64,000 bases of DNA from Syntrophus sp. (in: bacteria) (lineage in GTDB: Bacteria > Desulfobacterota > Syntrophia > Syntrophales > UBA8958). The notes below the pieces were generated by a model, which was given only the letters and a program-made list of their open reading frames with translations, ran no database searches and had not been told where the DNA came from. Positions 61,804 through 64,000 of the stretch are shown piece after piece. How positions within the stretch are numbered: position 1 is the first letter of the stretch; the number at the start of each line of letters is the position of its first letter. The translations under genes and the position numbers were made by a program. Where the stretch lies: contig JANXZC010000158.1 in the NCBI GenBank assembly GCA_025355725.1, forward strand, positions 2,714-66,713. Reading direction: 5' to 3'.

Positions 61804-63933
61804 ATGGCGATCAATTTGGAAGCAATCGGCAGGAAGATAGGACCCGTCACCAAGACCTACGACTGGAAGGACGCGGTCCTCTATGCCCTCGGAGTGGGAG
61901 CCGGTTTTGACGAACTGGATTATGTTTACGAAAAGAATCTCAAGGTTATACCGAGTTTTTCCGTCGCCAGCATCTTCGATTTTTTCTGGCACGTGGCCGG
62001 GGCCTCCAACGTCAATCTGGCCGGCATCCTCCACGGCGAGCAGGACATCATCTTCTATCGCCCCATTCCCACTGCGGGAACCCTGACGACGGAAGGGGCC
62101 GTCACCCGCTACTACGACAAAAAGGACAAAGGGGCTATCGTCATCGCCGAGGGAGACACCTGCGACGCCGGCGGCAAGAAGCTCTTCAAGAATATTATTA
62201 CCATCTTCAGCCGCCTCGACGGCAACTTCGGAGGCGAGGAGGGCGCCGCCACACCGTTTATCTATCCGGAGCGAGCACCTGATTTTGTCGTCGAGGCGCA
62301 CCCATCGCCGGAACAACCGCTGATTTACCGCCTCTCCGGGGACATCTTTCAGCTCCATGTCGATCCCGATTTTGCCCGCAAAGTGGGCTTCGAGAAGCCC
62401 ATCATGCACGGCCTGTGCACCTACGGCTTCGCCTGTCGCGCCCTGATGTCGAAGCTGACCCCGGGGCAGCCCGAGCTCGTCCGGCGCTTTGCCTGCCGCT
62501 TCTCGAAGACCCTTTATCCCGGTGAACCAATCAAAACGCTGATCTGGAAAGACGGGGAGGGGAAGGCCATATGGCGGACCCTCAACGCCAAAACCGGCGA
62601 CGTAGTCATTGACAATGGCATCTTCGAATACGGCCCTGTACCAGCGGATCAGGACAAGATCCTTTACGACGGCCGGGTGGCGGTGGTGACGGGGGCCGGA
62701 GGAGGACTGGGCCGGGTATATGCCCTCGAACTGGCCAAACGGGGGGCTAAGCTCGTCATCAACGACTTCGGCGGAGCCCGAGACGGGGCGGGAGACGGAT
62801 CGAGCTCCCCCGCCGACAGAGTCGTCGCGGAAATCAAGTCAATGGGGGGTGAAGCCGTCGCCAACTACGACAACGTCGCCACCCCGGAGGGGGGGGAAGG
62901 GATCGTTAAGACCGCCCTCGCTGCCTTCGGAAGGGTGGATATCCTCATCAATAACGCGGGAATCCTGCGGGACAAGGGCATCCTCAAGATGGAACCGGAG
63001 AACTGGCGAGCCGTCATGGACGTCCATCTGAACGGGGCCTACCACGTCACCAAGCCCGCCTTCCAGGTCATGCGGGACAACGGCTACGGCCGCATCATCA
63101 TGACCACCTCGGCGGCGGGGCTATACGGCAACTTCGGCCAAACCAACTACTCCTCGGCAAAGCTCGGGCTCGTGGGTTTCATGAACACCCTTAAACAGGA
63201 AGGGCAGAAGTACAATATCAAGGTTAATACAGTGGCTCCCATCGCCGCCTCACGACTCACGGAAGACGTCCTCCCCCCCGACATCTTTGGAAAACTAAAA
63301 CCGGATTTTGTCGCCCCCATCGTCCTCTACCTCTGCTCCGAGGCGTGTAGCGACACGGGAAGCATCTACAACGCCGGCATGGGCTATTACAATCGTGCCG
63401 CCATTCTGACCGGGCCGGGGATCGTCATCGGCGACGGCACGAAGGTCCCCGCCGTGGAGGATATCGCCGCCAACTGGGAAAAGATCCGCACCATGAACGG
63501 GGCCAAGGAGTATTTCCAGCTCATGGATCAGGTGACGGACCTCCTTAACGCCTTCGCGCCGGGGAAGGAGGCCCCAGCCGCAGATAATCAGTCGGCAAAA
63601 GCAGCAGCGACGCCTTCCGCTGCGGGAATCTTCGCTGCCATGGGGAAGTCCTTCAACACCGAGAAGGCCGCCGGGGTCAGCGTCGTCTTCCAGTTCCACA
63701 TCACCGGCGACGGGGGCGGGGACTGGCTGGTCGAGATCAAGGACGGGGCATGCAGGATCGAGACGGGCAAACATGCCGCCCCGACGACGACCATCACCAT
63801 GGCCGCCGCCGATTTTCTGGAGATGATGGGCGGCAAACTCTCGGCCATGCAGGCCTACACCTCGGGAAAGATAAAGATCGGCGGCGATCTCATAAAATCG
63901 CAATTGATCGAAAAGCTCTTTAAACTCAAATAA
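61804..63933 (+). CDS. multifunctional beta-oxidation-type enzyme: MaoC double-hotdog hydratase, SDR dehydrogenase and SCP2 carrier domain
   Basis: Hydratase (HVDPDFARKVGFEKPIMHGLCTYG), SDR (VAVVTGAGGGLGR...NNAG...YSSAKLGLVGF) and SCP2 (FQFHITGDGGGDWLVEIKDG...FLEMMGGKLSAMQAYTSGKIKIGGDL). Confidence 0.85.
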   Translation: MAINLEAIGRKIGPVTKTYDWKDAVLYALGVGAGFDELDYVYEKNLKVIPSFSVASIFDFFWHVAGASNVNLAGILHGEQDIIFYRPIPTAGTLTTEGAVTRYYDKKDKGAIVIAEGDTCDAGGKKLFKNIITIFSRLDGNFGGEEGAATPFIYPERAPDFVVEAHPSPEQPLIYRLSGDIFQLHVDPDFARKVGFEKPIMHGLCTYGFACRALMSKLTPGQPELVRRFACRFSKTLYPGEPIKTLIWKDGEGKAIWRTLNAKTGDVVIDNGIFEYGPVPADQDKILYDGRVAVVTGAGGGLGRVYALELAKRGAKLVINDFGGARDGAGDGSSSPADRVVAEIKSMGGEAVANYDNVATPEGGEGIVKTALAAFGRVDILINNAGILRDKGILKMEPENWRAVMDVHLNGAYHVTKPAFQVMRDNGYGRIIMTTSAAGLYGNFGQTNYSSAKLGLVGFMNTLKQEGQKYNIKVNTVAPIAASRLTEDVLPPDIFGKLKPDFVAPIVLYLCSEACSDTGSIYNAGMGYYNRAAILTGPGIVIGDGTKVPAVEDIAANWEKIRTMNGAKEYFQLMDQVTDLLNAFAPGKEAPAADNQSAKAAATPSAAGIFAAMGKSFNTEKAAGVSVVFQFHITGDGGGDWLVEIKDGACRIETGKHAAPTTTITMAAADFLEMMGGKLSAMQAYTSGKIKIGGDLIKSQLIEKLFKLK

Positions 63934-63943
63934 ATATAATTCC

Positions 63944-63983
63944 CCCTCCCCTTCAAGGGGAGGGTTGGGGTGGGGATGGGTGG
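63944..63983. repeat. GC-rich hairpin repeat, copy 2 (CCCTCCCC-ttcaa-GGGGAGGG) followed by a run of G-tracts
   Basis: A perfect 8-bp stem 11 nt after the stop of the multifunctional enzyme, continuing as GGGGAGGGTTGGGGTGGGGATGGGTGG. Confidence 0.7.
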
Positions 63984-64000
63984 CAAAAAAATTGAACCGT

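Overview
This is a 64-kb chromosomal segment. Gene content and the GroEL/IleS sequences suggest an anaerobic deltaproteobacterium (Thermodesulfobacteriota, Syntrophales-like), but the taxon is inference only. I support about 60 protein genes and recognised no rRNA, tRNA, CRISPR array, transposase, integrase or reverse transcriptase. The layout runs as follows. (1) 0.2-5.1 kb is an AT-richer block holding an unknown exported protein, a TAXI-like binding protein and an outer-membrane barrel. (2) 5.7-12.9 kb (minus strand) is an orphan type VI secretion spike island ordered DUF3540-like, DUF4150 PAAR-like, VgrG, DUF2169::pentapeptide, pentapeptide, with no recognisable toxin. (3) 13.3-17.0 kb diverges from that island and is the most unusual part: a GluR0-type ligand-gated pore-loop channel lies 11 nt upstream of a single polypeptide that reads as a TssB-TssC (VipA-VipB) sheath fusion, followed by an unknown 258-aa protein. 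No other T6SS core gene is in the window. (4) 21.5-29.7 kb is a radical-SAM ArsS-type ('rSAM/selenodomain-associated') cluster with two glycosyltransferase-like genes, MauE, three rhodanese modules, an Fe-S/CCG protein, an AhpD-like protein and DUF3047. (5) 29.9-35.3 kb is a LysR-controlled redox operon: C_GCAxxG_C_C, a BASS-family transporter fused in frame to a complete DsrC, DsrM-like, DsrK-like and a PaaI thioesterase. (6) 36.6-47.8 kb is a phosphate block (Pho boxes, pstSCAB-phoU-phoR, phoB, DUF47-PiT) interrupted by two genes broken at homopolymers, an ArsC and a nitronate monooxygenase. (7) The housekeeping genes are groES-groEL, ileS-lspA and trkH-trkA. (8) larE-larB-larC-nikM/cbiM is present without larA. 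(9) A TetR gene precedes a MaoC-SDR-SCP2 multifunctional enzyme. A small GC-rich hairpin repeat family (CCCTCCCC-loop-GGGGAGGG) marks several gene ends. All functional calls rest on motif recognition by eye; nothing was searched against a database.
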